Assembly: GCA_965214405.1 (NCBI GenBank)
Contig: OZ243956.1
Span: 3,872,001 to 3,936,000, forward strand
Reading direction: 5' to 3'
Origin: Trueperaceae bacterium
Lineage (GTDB): Bacteria > Deinococcota > Deinococci > Deinococcales > Trueperaceae
DNA length: 64,000 bases
Both the position numbers and the translations under genes were made by a program. Positions 55,061-64,000 of this stretch are shown in pieces (the first letter of the stretch is position 1; each line of letters begins with the position of its first letter). The notes beneath the pieces are model-generated. The model saw nothing but the letters and a program-made list of their open reading frames with translations. It was not told the DNA's origin and ran no database searches.

Positions 55061-56341
55061 ATGTCCAGAATACGCATCCAGAACGCGCGGCTTGACGACT
55101 CGAGCGGCGACCACATTGACCTCTACTTAAAAGATGGCCTCATCGAAGGCTTTGACTTAGAGGGCGACGTGGACGAAACCTTTGACGCGGCGGGCGGGCT
55201 CGTCACGCCTGCGTTTATCGACCTCCACACCCACCTGCGCGAGCCGGGGGGCGAGGTCAAAGAGGACTTGCGTTCGGGGCTCTCGGCGGCGGCGGCGGGC
55301 GGATACGGTACGGTCGTCAGCATGGCGAATACGAGTCCGGTGGTGGATGAGGCGGGCTTGGTCTCGAGCCTCATCCAGAAAGCTGAGCGGGTCGGGGGCG
55401 CGCGGCTGCGTCCGGCGGCGGCGCTTAGCTTAGGGCTTAGAGGTGAGCGGCTGGCCGACTTTGCCGCGCTCAAAGAGGCGGGCGCGGTCATGATCACCGA
55501 CGACGGCGTGCCCGTGACCGACGGTCACCTCATGCGCCGTGCGTGCGAGTACGCAGCGTCTTTGGGGCTGGTCGTCCAGACGCACTCCGAAGACCCGACG
55601 CTGCGGCAAGACGGGGTGATGAATGAGGGTGCCGTGAGCTACCACTTGGGTCTGCCGGGCAATCCGGTGGCCGCCGAGGCCGCCATGATCTACCGCGACT
55701 GCGAGATCGCGCAGCTCACGGGGGCGCGGGTTCACATCGCGCACGTGTCGTCGCAACGGGGAATGCGGGTGGTGGAATGGTTCAAGGCGCAGGGTGCCCC
55801 GGTCACCGCCGAGGTGACGCCCCACCATCTCACCCTGACGGACGAGGCGCTGACCGGCTTTGATCCCCTCTACAAAGTAGCGCCGCCGCTACGCACGCAA
55901 GAGGACGTAGATTACTTGCGGGACGCGGTGAAGCGCGGCGTGGTCGACTGCATCGGCACCGACCACGCGCCCCACACGCGGGCCGAAAAGGAGCGGGACA
56001 TGTTGGAGGCTCCTTTCGGCATCGCCAACATCGAAGTCGCCTTTCCGCTTCTTTACACCCGGCTTGTGCTGACGGAAAAACTTAGCCTGGCGGCGCTGCT
56101 GGGGCTTTTCCAGCGCGGCCCCGCGGAGGTGATGGGCTGGCCCGTTCCGACCCTGGACGTTGGTCAACCTGCCGACGTGGTCGTGCTCGATTTGGACGGG
56201 GCTCGAGCCGTTAACCCCGCGACCTTTGAGAGCAAAGCCAAATTCAGCCCCTGGGCGGGCGAACGTTTGCAGGGCTGGCCCGTCGCCACCTTTGTGCGGG
56301 GTGAGCGGGTGTCACGGCCTTTTGCCCAAAGCGTCAAGTAG
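55061..56341 (+). CDS. pyrC: Dihydroorotase
   Basis: DLHTHLREPG, HIAHVS, EVTPHHL, KVAPPLR and TDHAPH. Confidence 0.96.
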   Translation: MSRIRIQNARLDDSSGDHIDLYLKDGLIEGFDLEGDVDETFDAAGGLVTPAFIDLHTHLREPGGEVKEDLRSGLSAAAAGGYGTVVSMANTSPVVDEAGLVSSLIQKAERVGGARLRPAAALSLGLRGERLADFAALKEAGAVMITDDGVPVTDGHLMRRACEYAASLGLVVQTHSEDPTLRQDGVMNEGAVSYHLGLPGNPVAAEAAMIYRDCEIAQLTGARVHIAHVSSQRGMRVVEWFKAQGAPVTAEVTPHHLTLTDEALTGFDPLYKVAPPLRTQEDVDYLRDAVKRGVVDCIGTDHAPHTRAEKERDMLEAPFGIANIEVAFPLLYTRLVLTEKLSLAALLGLFQRGPAEVMGWPVPTLDVGQPADVVVLDLDGARAVNPATFESKAKFSPWAGERLQGWPVATFVRGERVSRPFAQSVK

Positions 56342-56523
56342 GCTGCAGTGTGGTGAATGAAAGGTGACGTGTAAGCTCGAGGGCTCTTCCCTCCACAAGA
56401 CAAAGCGTAATCCAGGCTGGTTCTTTAACCATTTCGCCTAATGAGCAGGTTGAGCGGAGGACACTCAAGTTTTTTGCATAGTGGGTCACAGGGCTTTCTG
56501 AAAGGATAGAGTACAATGGGTTC

Positions 56524-57183
56524 ATGACATCATCGTTTAATGCCCCCCTGCTCCCCTCGCAACCGTTCTCGCCGCTCCTCCCTGAGGCGCGCGACTACCC
56601 CCTACGCGAGCTTCACAAGGGCGACGCGCTCTACCGCGTCGGCGACCCCGCCGATACGGTGTACCGGGTTGAGGAAGGGCTGCTCAAACTCAGTATCGAC
56701 CTCGTCACGGGCAAAGAACGCATCATCGGCGTGGCGGGTCCCGGCGACCTTGTCGGCGCGCTCACGCCGCTCTACGCCACCTTTGAAGAGGGCGCGGAGG
56801 CGCTCTCCCCGCGCGTTCGCGTTCGCGTCATGCCCCGCGACGAGGTGCGGGAAACCTTGAATGATGACCTCCTCGCCGCCGCCGGTCTCCAGTTGTCGCG
56901 CCTGCGCGAGTCTTTAGAAGACACCGAACTGCCCGTCAACGCCCGCCTCGCCCGAACCTTTGTGCGTTTGGGTGAGCGCTTCGGCCACGTCTCTGACGAC
57001 GGCGTCCGCCTGACGCTGCCCCTGACACACGATAACTTCGCGGCGATGGTGGGCGCGGCCCGCGAAACAACGACGGCGGTGCTGAGCGAAATGCGCGACG
57101 ACGGTGTGTTGAGCGGCACCCGCGGGCGCTACAGCTTCGACCCGACCGAGCTGAGCAACTTCGCCCTTTCAGCAGCGTTCTAA
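56524..57183 (+). CDS. Crp/Fnr family transcriptional regulator
   Basis: cNMP-type beta-barrel (LYRVGD, G.LKL, GKERII, GPGDLVG) and C-terminal LTHDNFAAMVGAARETTT HTH. Confidence 0.92.
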   Translation: MTSSFNAPLLPSQPFSPLLPEARDYPLRELHKGDALYRVGDPADTVYRVEEGLLKLSIDLVTGKERIIGVAGPGDLVGALTPLYATFEEGAEALSPRVRVRVMPRDEVRETLNDDLLAAAGLQLSRLRESLEDTELPVNARLARTFVRLGERFGHVSDDGVRLTLPLTHDNFAAMVGAARETTTAVLSEMRDDGVLSGTRGRYSFDPTELSNFALSAAF

Positions 57184-57238
57184 ATTTTTCAGGTGGCGCT
57201 TTAGCAGAGTTTTGCCGCCTCAAAATGTAAACGTGATT

Positions 57239-57264
57239 CACCGGCTCTGTTTGTAGAGCCGGTG
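57239..57264. terminator. Hairpin between convergent genes
   Basis: CACCGGCTCT-gtttgt-AGAGCCGGTG. Confidence 0.65.
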
Positions 57265-57288
57265 GAGTTTTAGCGTTAAATCAGGAGA

Positions 57289-59112
57289 CTAAATTAAGAG
57301 CCGCACGGGGGAAGCTAGAAGTTCAGCTACGCATGTTAAGAACTCAGCACCCCAACTGGGCGCGACGTCGCCTGAGAGTGAGAGCGCGCCCATAGAGTCT
57401 TCTGCAGCGCCCACGCGGCTTAGCGCCAGCACGGGCGCGCTGAGGTTGAGCATGACTTCATCTAGGCTGTAGCGCGACATATCGGCCACGATTAAGTCGG
57501 CTGGTACGTCATCTTCTTGCGCGGCGTCTTGCTGAGTAGTGTCAACCATCTCTAACAGCGTCACAAAAGACGCGTCAACGTCGGGCACTATCTTGACGCG
57601 AAGCGCGTCAGCGGACACAACGGCCAGCGCAACCGCCGCTTCTGAAGGTTCTGCCGAGGACGCCGCTAAGGGCACCCTGTGTAGCGCCTTGAGGGCTGCG
57701 CGGAGCAAGAAAGCCGTCGGGGGCACCTCCCCGTTCACTTCTAAGCCGATGGCCCGCTGAGTCTCGAGCAGCGCCGCCAAGTCCAGGTGACGCCGCAACA
57801 GAACATAGGGCGCAACGGGAACCCCATTAGGCAAACCGTCCGCTTTAGGGAGAGCAGGCGCGGGTGGGGCGCTGTCGGACGTGGGAGACGCCGCTTCCGC
57901 ACGCCCGCTAGAGTCAAGTTCGTTTTCCGTAGAGGCGGCCCTATCGTCAAGCTTTGGATCAAGCTCCGGCATAAAAGCTCGAGCAAATTCCTGCGGGACG
58001 GGCGCGCTCTCGCCGGAGGTCTCTGAGTAAGCCTCTGACGCGCCCTCGAGGCCTTCAAACTCAAACGCGTCGTCCTCTTGAGCCTCAGGTGCGTCTTCAG
58101 CACCAAACGCTTCCTCGTCACCAACTTCGTCCGACTCGCCACCGAACGCCCTGGCTTCGCTCGAGTCGGTGCTGCCTTCGTCTTCTATAAAACCAGCGTC
58201 ACGCGAGAAAGAGGTGTCGGGAGTCGGGGGCGCGTCAAAAAGGAAAACGTCTGCGTCGGCTTCAGCGGGGGAAACGTCGGACGCGTGCGTCTCCGGCTCG
58301 AATAGTTCGGGTTCAAATGCTTCGGTGTCAAATGCTTTAGTGTCAAATGCCTCAGCTTCAGATGTTCCGGCTTTACGCGCCTCAGCCTCGAGAGGTTCCG
58401 CCTCGAGCCCTCCCACATCAAATGCGTCTGTCGACGCGTCTTCTTCAGCATCCTCGCTTTCAAACGCTCCAAAATCTCCTGCCGGTGTTTTTGCGGAAGC
58501 GCCAAAGCGTGTCCCAGCGCTCTCGTCGCCAAAAAGCATCTCCTCGGGAAGGTTATCCACCTTGTAAGCATCCGCTTCGTGGACGCCTGCTTTGTGAGTA
58601 CCTGCCTCGTAGACGTTACTGCTGTAAACGCCTTCACCGTCAACATCCATATCGTGCGTGTTCTTGTAACCAGCTCCAAAATCATCCTCGAGCTCGTCCG
58701 TTACAAAAATATCGTCGGAGAGAGCTTCGGTGAAGTTGAATCCGGTGAGGTCCTCCTCCGGCTCCACTGACCCTGCCCTCGCACCGTCCACTGGTGGAAA
58801 CTCAAGGGCGTCCTCAAACGCGTCCAGTTCCAGCAGCGCCTCTCCAAACTCGTCTTCCGTTGTGACGTTTTGTTCGCCTAGATGATTGACGGTGTCTAGA
58901 ACGTCGATATCTTCCGGCCACGTATCTACCCCCTCCGGCAAGGGCTCGAGGACGGGGTCGGTGGCCGCCTCGCCGGACATGACCCTGGCGAGATACTCGA
59001 GCACGTCGCGTTCAACCACCCGGCCCGAGGGGCCGCTGCCCTCTAGGAGGTGCCAGCTCACGTTGTTTTCTTCGGCCAGCCGCTTGGCAAGTGGGGATAT
59101 GGAGGATTCCAT
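57289..59112 (-). CDS. E3-binding (PSBD) domain protein with long acidic linker and degenerate 2-oxoacid dehydrogenase E2-like C-terminal domain
   Basis: ISPLAKRLAEE..V....LEGSGPSGRVVERDV at the N-terminus; AAAGGAG RBS before ATG 59112; C-terminal GAEFL..VAELL.SP..LLI. Confidence 0.75.
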   Translation of the reverse strand: MESSISPLAKRLAEENNVSWHLLEGSGPSGRVVERDVLEYLARVMSGEAATDPVLEPLPEGVDTWPEDIDVLDTVNHLGEQNVTTEDEFGEALLELDAFEDALEFPPVDGARAGSVEPEEDLTGFNFTEALSDDIFVTDELEDDFGAGYKNTHDMDVDGEGVYSSNVYEAGTHKAGVHEADAYKVDNLPEEMLFGDESAGTRFGASAKTPAGDFGAFESEDAEEDASTDAFDVGGLEAEPLEAEARKAGTSEAEAFDTKAFDTEAFEPELFEPETHASDVSPAEADADVFLFDAPPTPDTSFSRDAGFIEDEGSTDSSEARAFGGESDEVGDEEAFGAEDAPEAQEDDAFEFEGLEGASEAYSETSGESAPVPQEFARAFMPELDPKLDDRAASTENELDSSGRAEAASPTSDSAPPAPALPKADGLPNGVPVAPYVLLRRHLDLAALLETQRAIGLEVNGEVPPTAFLLRAALKALHRVPLAASSAEPSEAAVALAVVSADALRVKIVPDVDASFVTLLEMVDTTQQDAAQEDDVPADLIVADMSRYSLDEVMLNLSAPVLALSRVGAAEDSMGALSLSGDVAPSWGAEFLTCVAELLASPVRLLI

Positions 59113-59353
59113 CAGCGTCTCCTTTGAGGGGTGTGGTGAGAATGAAAGAAGCCGCTCGAGGCTCCTGGTATCCTCCAAGTCTGTTCCTCCCGCCCCAGTT
59201 ATGCAGCGAAGATTCCCACTCCTCTACGGTAAATTTCACGCCCTGACCACAAACTTTACGGCGGTTTACACGGTGGTTTTCGTAAAAATGAGGCTAAAGG
59301 GTGTGGACACCACTCTTCAATCTGACAAGACGCTACCTGCTAAACTGAACTCT

Positions 59354-59671
59354 ATGAAAACCGTGAGCGTTTCCGCTTTCCGTCAGGCCCTTGCGGAGGG
59401 CGCGGCTGCCTTCGACACGCGCGCGTCCGCCCGTTATCAGCAAGACGGTTTATCCGGAGTCGCGCACCTCCCGCTAGAAGCTGTCCAGGCGGGCGCGCTC
59501 CCCGACGTTCCAAAAGAGGCGGCGGTCTACCTTATTTGTGAACGCGGGCAGATGAGCGAACTTGCGGGGCTGTATTTAGAGGCCGCCGGGTTCAGCGAGG
59601 TTTATAACGTGGCGGGGGGGATGCTCGAGTGGCGGCGAGACGAAGAAGTTAAGAAAGGCGGGTTGCACTGA
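59354..59671 (+). CDS. Single-domain rhodanese-like protein
   Basis: FDTR, ICERGQMS active loop and VYNVAGGMLEW. TAAACT lies 7 nt before the ATG. Confidence 0.88.
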   Translation: MKTVSVSAFRQALAEGAAAFDTRASARYQQDGLSGVAHLPLEAVQAGALPDVPKEAAVYLICERGQMSELAGLYLEAAGFSEVYNVAGGMLEWRRDEEVKKGGLH

Positions 59672-59816
59672 TATTCGCTGTTCATGAATCGCTCGAGCTC
59701 GTCATAGACGTAGCAAGCTTGAAGCTTTCTCCTTGCTATCTACTTCTTGCTCCTACTTCTCTTATTTACTCAACCCGCTCGGCTACGCCAAAGCGTTAAC
59801 GGAATCCAGCAAGCAC

Positions 59817-61169
59817 TTAAGGACTCCAGCCCAAGTAGAGTTCGTTGTTAATATAAATCTGCAAAGTCGCCTTGCCGTAAACTGTAACGCGGGTGTTCAC
59901 GCTTTCGCTCGCCGCGTAGGCGCGGTCTATCACCGTGCGCTCGCCCTGGGCGTCGTTCACGACCAGGCGAAACTCGTACGCGTCCTCCCCGCGCGTGATG
60001 CCCGACGTTGTCGGGTCAAAGGTGATGGGTACGCTCCAGGCGCTCCCGTCGCCCTCCGCGACGTCCGGGTTGCTGCTAAATCCCGTGCTCGTCCCGGTGT
60101 TTAGACTCTGGTCTCGGGGCGTCACCTGAAACTCGGTCTGGAAAGCAGCGCCACCCGTGAGCGCGGCGTTTTCTCCCGTGGCGGCTCCGTTGACGGTGAG
60201 GCGGACGGGGCTCCCGCGCAGGGTGTAGCCTGAGGGCGTCACCTCGACCACGCCCGAGGGCCGTGCGGGGTCACTGATATAAGTCACGCCGCCGCCCGAC
60301 ACGCCGAGCCCCGCCGCCTGCAGGACCAACTGGGCGCGCTGGAGCGTGTTTCCCGTAACCTGGGGCACTTGCACCACCTCGCGCCCGGAGAGTGCGTAAG
60401 AAAGTGTGACGGTCGCACTTACGGGCACGCTCTCGCCCGCGGCGGGTTGTTGCGCGTTCACCGTGCCGGGTTGATTAAAGGACACGTCTGTGGCGAGCGT
60501 TTCGACCCGGCGCACGCCGAGCGCTTTCAAACGCTCGCGCGCCTCCATCACGTTCATCCCGCGGAGGTCGGGCAGCGTGATGGTGCTCAGTGCGGGACCG
60601 CGGCTTTCTACTATGTCTACGCTCTCACCCGAGGTGAGCGTTTCGCCCGCGGGGGGCGTTTGCGCGATGATGGTGCCCTGAGGCTGCTCGCTATAGGCGT
60701 AACTCGTGCTGCCCAAGAGCAGGCTTAAGTCCCCCAGCAGCGTCTCCACCTCCGCGTCACGCCGCCCGACGAGCGAGGGCACGCGGACGTCCTTGGGCGG
60801 CGTGTACACGCCAATCCCCACGCCCCGCCCCGCCCGCACCCGCTCCCCCGGCGGCGGGTTCTGCGAAGTCACGCTGTCGATTTGAGCACCCGGAACGCTT
60901 TCTGGATAGGACGTTACGGTAAGCCCGAGCCGCCGCAACGTCACAAAAGCGTCATCGACGCTCATGCCCACCACGTCAGGCAGGCTCACCTCCTCGACGT
61001 TGAGGTAGCGAACGATAAGTAGTGTGGTGAAAGCGGAGGCGGCCACCAGCAAAAGCCCGAACAGGAGCAGGCGAACACGCCCTCTGAGGCCGCCCCCTGG
61101 GGTCGGCGCGGATGCGCCCGTGCGCGCCTCACGCGCGCGTACCCTCCGAAGTTGCGAACGGCTCTCCAC
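59817..61169 (-). CDS. Membrane-anchored PASTA domain protein (four PASTA repeats, no kinase domain)
   Basis: One TM helix; LPDVVG, VPSLVG, LPDLRG and VPQVTG repeat starts with Q.P..G motifs. Confidence 0.88.
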   Translation of the reverse strand: MESRSQLRRVRAREARTGASAPTPGGGLRGRVRLLLFGLLLVAASAFTTLLIVRYLNVEEVSLPDVVGMSVDDAFVTLRRLGLTVTSYPESVPGAQIDSVTSQNPPPGERVRAGRGVGIGVYTPPKDVRVPSLVGRRDAEVETLLGDLSLLLGSTSYAYSEQPQGTIIAQTPPAGETLTSGESVDIVESRGPALSTITLPDLRGMNVMEARERLKALGVRRVETLATDVSFNQPGTVNAQQPAAGESVPVSATVTLSYALSGREVVQVPQVTGNTLQRAQLVLQAAGLGVSGGGVTYISDPARPSGVVEVTPSGYTLRGSPVRLTVNGAATGENAALTGGAAFQTEFQVTPRDQSLNTGTSTGFSSNPDVAEGDGSAWSVPITFDPTTSGITRGEDAYEFRLVVNDAQGERTVIDRAYAASESVNTRVTVYGKATLQIYINNELYLGWSP

Positions 61170-61331
61170 AAGAAAAGTTTATCACGCGCGCGGCGGGCCG
61201 GGTGAGAGGTGCGCACCCCAATGAGCGTTGTTAGATCGAGCCTCAGTCGAGACGTGTGGCAGTCCACCTTTAGCGCGTCCTTTCTATGCTATAAATAAAC
61301 GAGTAGTAAGAGCGTTCTGCGCTTCAGGAGG

Positions 61332-61742
61332 ATGCACATGCAAGTAGTACAGACTGAAACAACAGGTGAAACAGCGAGGCTGACAGTTACAGAGGCGGCG
61401 GCCAGAAAAGCGGCTGAACTTCTCTCCGCGCATGGCAAAGAAGACGCGGCCATCCGCGTGTTCGTCAAGTCGGGCGGCTGCAGCGGCTACTCGTACGGCA
61501 TGGCGATTGACGACCGCATGTTGGAAGACGACAACCTTTTTGAAGACCGCGGCGTGCGTATCGTGGTGGACAAGATGAGCTTGCCCCTGCTCAAGGGCTC
61601 GCAGGTGGACTACATCGAGAACATGATGGGCGGCGGTTTCAGCGTCAACAACCCCAACGCCACGAGCGCGTGCGGCTGCGGCAGCTCGTTCCGCACGGAC
61701 GGCGCGTCCGCTCCTGATGGAGAGTCAGCGAGCTGTCACTAG
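61332..61742 (+). CDS. Iron-sulfur cluster assembly accessory protein (HesB/IscA/ErpA family)
   Basis: GGCSGYSY and [13 protein letters not shown]. Confidence 0.95.
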   Translation: MHMQVVQTETTGETARLTVTEAAARKAAELLSAHGKEDAAIRVFVKSGGCSGYSYGMAIDDRMLEDDNLFEDRGVRIVVDKMSLPLLKGSQVDYIENMMGGGFSVNNPNATSACGCGSSFRTDGASAPDGESASCH

Positions 61743-61768
61743 ATTCTGAGTAAACTAAACTTGGTGAG

Positions 61769-61805
61769 AGGAGAGGCGTTCTGAAACGCCTCTCCTTTGT
61801 TTTTG
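61769..61805 (+). terminator. Intrinsic terminator
   Basis: AGGAGAGGCGTT-ctga-AACGCCTCTCCT followed by TTGTTTTT. Confidence 0.85.
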
Positions 61806-61813
61806 CTGGGGTT

Positions 61814-62632
61814 TTAACGGGTCAGGTAGCGCCCTAAAAACGCCTCAATTTCCCCTAGCACAGCCTCGTCGGGCGACCCGTTTAATAACTCGGTATGCCC
61901 GCCGCGCATCTTTACAAATTCTTTTGGCTCCCCGGCAAGAGCATAAAGTGTTTCGCCCTGCGCGAAGGGTACCGTTCGGTCCATTGGAGAATGGACAAAA
62001 AGAACCGGCGCGTTCACCCTCTCGATTTTGCTCTGCGAGTCAAAGCGGTTGTGCATCAAAAAACGCGGCACGACGCGGTAGAGCTCTCTGGCTACGTCAG
62101 GAATAGAGGTGTAACCTGCCTCGACGACGAGCGCCCCCACCTCAACCTTGCTCGCCAAATCCACCGCGACGCCCGAGCCGAGCGAGAAACCATATATCCC
62201 GATGCGCTCCGGGGCAATACCCTGCCCAATCACATACCGATAAGCCGTGCGCGCGTCCTCGAACAGACCCGTTTCGCTGGGGACGCCCCCACTCTCGCCG
62301 TAGCCGCGGTACTCGAGCATCAGCACATTAAAGCCGAAGTTGTGCAAGGCGCTTGTGAACGACAGGTAATCCGCAATGTTCCCGCCGTTGCCGTGAAAAT
62401 AGAGGAGCCAGGGCGCGGTCTCGTTATCAACATCAGGATAGGGTAGCGCCCAGGCCATGAGTTTCACGCCATCCGCGGTGGTGAGGGTGAGGCGTTCGTA
62501 CTCGAGCCCGAAATCAGCGGGCGTGGCGGTGAGCGTACGCGATTCGGGGCGCGCGCCGAAGAAGACGAGGCGGTTCTCGAGCGGGAGCAGCCAACCCCCA
62601 AACGTGGTCAACAGGAGGGTGGACAGAATCAA
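61814..62632 (-). CDS. Alpha/beta hydrolase (BEM46/ABHD13-like)
   Basis: [23 protein letters not shown] nucleophile elbow, D.TVP and GGH. Confidence 0.9.
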   Translation of the reverse strand: MILSTLLLTTFGGWLLPLENRLVFFGARPESRTLTATPADFGLEYERLTLTTADGVKLMAWALPYPDVDNETAPWLLYFHGNGGNIADYLSFTSALHNFGFNVLMLEYRGYGESGGVPSETGLFEDARTAYRYVIGQGIAPERIGIYGFSLGSGVAVDLASKVEVGALVVEAGYTSIPDVARELYRVVPRFLMHNRFDSQSKIERVNAPVLFVHSPMDRTVPFAQGETLYALAGEPKEFVKMRGGHTELLNGSPDEAVLGEIEAFLGRYLTR

Positions 62633-64000
62633 CGTGTCTCTCTTTCGTGCGGCTCAAAGCGCAGCACGGGGTTACGCGCGGCGCTTACCTCGTCTAAGCG
62701 GCGTACCGGGGTGGTATAGGGGGCGTTTTTGAGAAAGTCGGGGTCTTCTTTCGCGCGCTTTAAGATGTCCACGAGCACGTCTACATAGGCGTCTAAGGTC
62801 TCGAGCGACTCCGTCTCGGTAGGTTCAAACATCATCGCCTCTTTGACGACCAACGGAAAATACATCGTCATCGGGTGGACGCCGTAGTCGAGCATCGCCT
62901 TGGCGAGGTCGAGCGTTTTGAGCCCCTTGGGCGGCTGCGCGACGAACTCGTGCATGTTGAGGCGGTCAAAGGCGATGGTGAAACCCGCCTCTTGCATCTT
63001 GACCCGCAGATAGTTGGCGTTGAGCACCGCCATCGTGGAGACGCCGATAAGTCCTTCCTTACCGAGCGCCCGGATGTAGGTGTAGGCGCGCACCAGATTG
63101 CCGAAGTTGCCGTAGAACGAGCGCATCCGGCCAATCGAACGGGGCAGGTCGTAGTCAAAGTCGAAACGTTCGTCTTCACATTTAATGAGAGGCGCGGGCA
63201 AAAACTCGCGCAGGTGCGCCTTGACGCCCACGGGGCCGGTGCCGGGGCCGCCGCCGCCGTGGGGGGTGGTGAATGTTTTGTGGAGGTTGAGATGCACCAC
63301 GTCGAAGCCCATATCGCCGGGCCGGGCGCGGCCTAGAATCGCGTTGGTGTTGGCCCCGTCATAGTAAAGTTGCGCGCCGACCTCGTGCGCGAGCGTAGCA
63401 ATCTCCAAAATGTTCGTCTCAAAAAGCCCCAGCGTGTTGGGGTTGGTCAGCATCACCGCGGCGACGTGTGGGCCGAGCGCCTCCTGAAAGGCGTCTAAAT
63501 CCACCTCGCCTTTATCACCTGTCGGCACTTCCACCACGTCGTAACCGACCATCGCGGCGGTGGCGGGATTCGTGCCGTGCGCCGCGTCGGGCACGATGAC
63601 GACGCGGCGTTGCGCGTCCTCGCCATTGGTCTCGTGATACGCGCGGATGATGAGGATGCCCGTCAGTTCGCCGTGCGCGCCCGCGGCGGGCTGGAGACTG
63701 ACCGCGTCCATCCCGGTGATTTCCCCTAAGTCGTGCTGAAGGTTGTAGAGAAGCTCCAACGCGCCCTGCACTGTGTCCGGGTCTTGATACGGGTGCAGCT
63801 CGTCAAAAAGCTTCGCCGCCTCCTCGTTGACCTTGGGGTTGTATTTCATCGTGCAACTCCCCAGCGGGTAGGGGTTGCCGTCAATCGAAAACTGCCGGTG
63901 CGCGAGCCCTGTGTAATGCCGGACGAGCTCGAGTTCCGACACCTCGGGAAGGCGCGGGGGCGCGTCCCGCAAGTTTTCTTCTCCCAAAAGCGTCGCCACA
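62629..64000 (-). CDS. gcvPB: Glycine dehydrogenase (decarboxylating) subunit 2, 5' end outside the window
   Basis: [33 protein letters not shown] and [17 protein letters not shown]. Confidence 0.96.
   Translation of the reverse strand, partial: VATLLGEENLRDAPPRLPEVSELELVRHYTGLAHRQFSIDGNPYPLGSCTMKYNPKVNEEAAKLFDELHPYQDPDTVQGALELLYNLQHDLGEITGMDAVSLQPAAGAHGELTGILIIRAYHETNGEDAQRRVVIVPDAAHGTNPATAAMVGYDVVEVPTGDKGEVDLDAFQEALGPHVAAVMLTNPNTLGLFETNILEIATLAHEVGAQLYYDGANTNAILGRARPGDMGFDVVHLNLHKTFTTPHGGGGPGTGPVGVKAHLREFLPAPLIKCEDERFDFDYDLPRSIGRMRSFYGNFGNLVRAYTYIRALGKEGLIGVSTMAVLNANYLRVKMQEAGFTIAFDRLNMHEFVAQPPKGLKTLDLAKAMLDYGVHPMTMYFPLVVKEAMMFEPTETESLETLDAYVDVLVDILKRAKEDPDFLKNAPYTTPVRRLDEVSAARNPVLRFEPHERETR

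Noticed and set aside
56524..57183. Naming the Crp/Fnr regulator ddrI, sdrP or ldrP
   Set aside because: The sequence does not resemble those proteins closely enough, as I recall them, to assign orthology.
58886..59353. N-terminal extension of the rhodanese ORF
   Set aside because: It is antisense to the E3-binding gene and spans the divergent promoter; the -10 box supports ATG 59354.

Overview
A GC-rich bacterial chromosomal window. Gene content and the many -10-adjacent (leaderless) starts suggest Deinococcota, probably Truepera-like; this is an inference. Housekeeping genes include trmL (partial), rpe, ilvD, glmM, pyrRBC with a PyrR attenuator, an iscA/hesB-type gene and gcvPB (partial). 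The window also has a tctCBA transporter, a secreted pullulanase, a complete seven-gene alternative complex III (actABCDEFG), a tricorn protease, MarR-ABC and TetR modules, and a HicA-HicB-HicB toxin-antitoxin cassette. A LacI-controlled locus (GH151-like fucosidase, sulfatase, sugar ABC) looks damaged: an IS sits inside the signal peptide of its binding protein, and its oxidoreductase is frameshifted. There are two IS elements, one with a T5C5 recoding site. The most notable observations are: (1) the palindrome CTCGAG is highly iterated across host DNA (about 120 copies by hand count) and I found none in either IS; (2) a double-hotdog, FabZ/AfsA-like enzyme faces a membrane GGDEF-EAL protein, and both share an upstream motif with a small ORF lying between them; (3) an E2-like protein that lacks its catalytic motif carries a very long acidic disordered linker; (4) a ~140-nt nested hairpin lies between pyrB and pyrC. 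No rRNA, tRNA or CRISPR array was seen.
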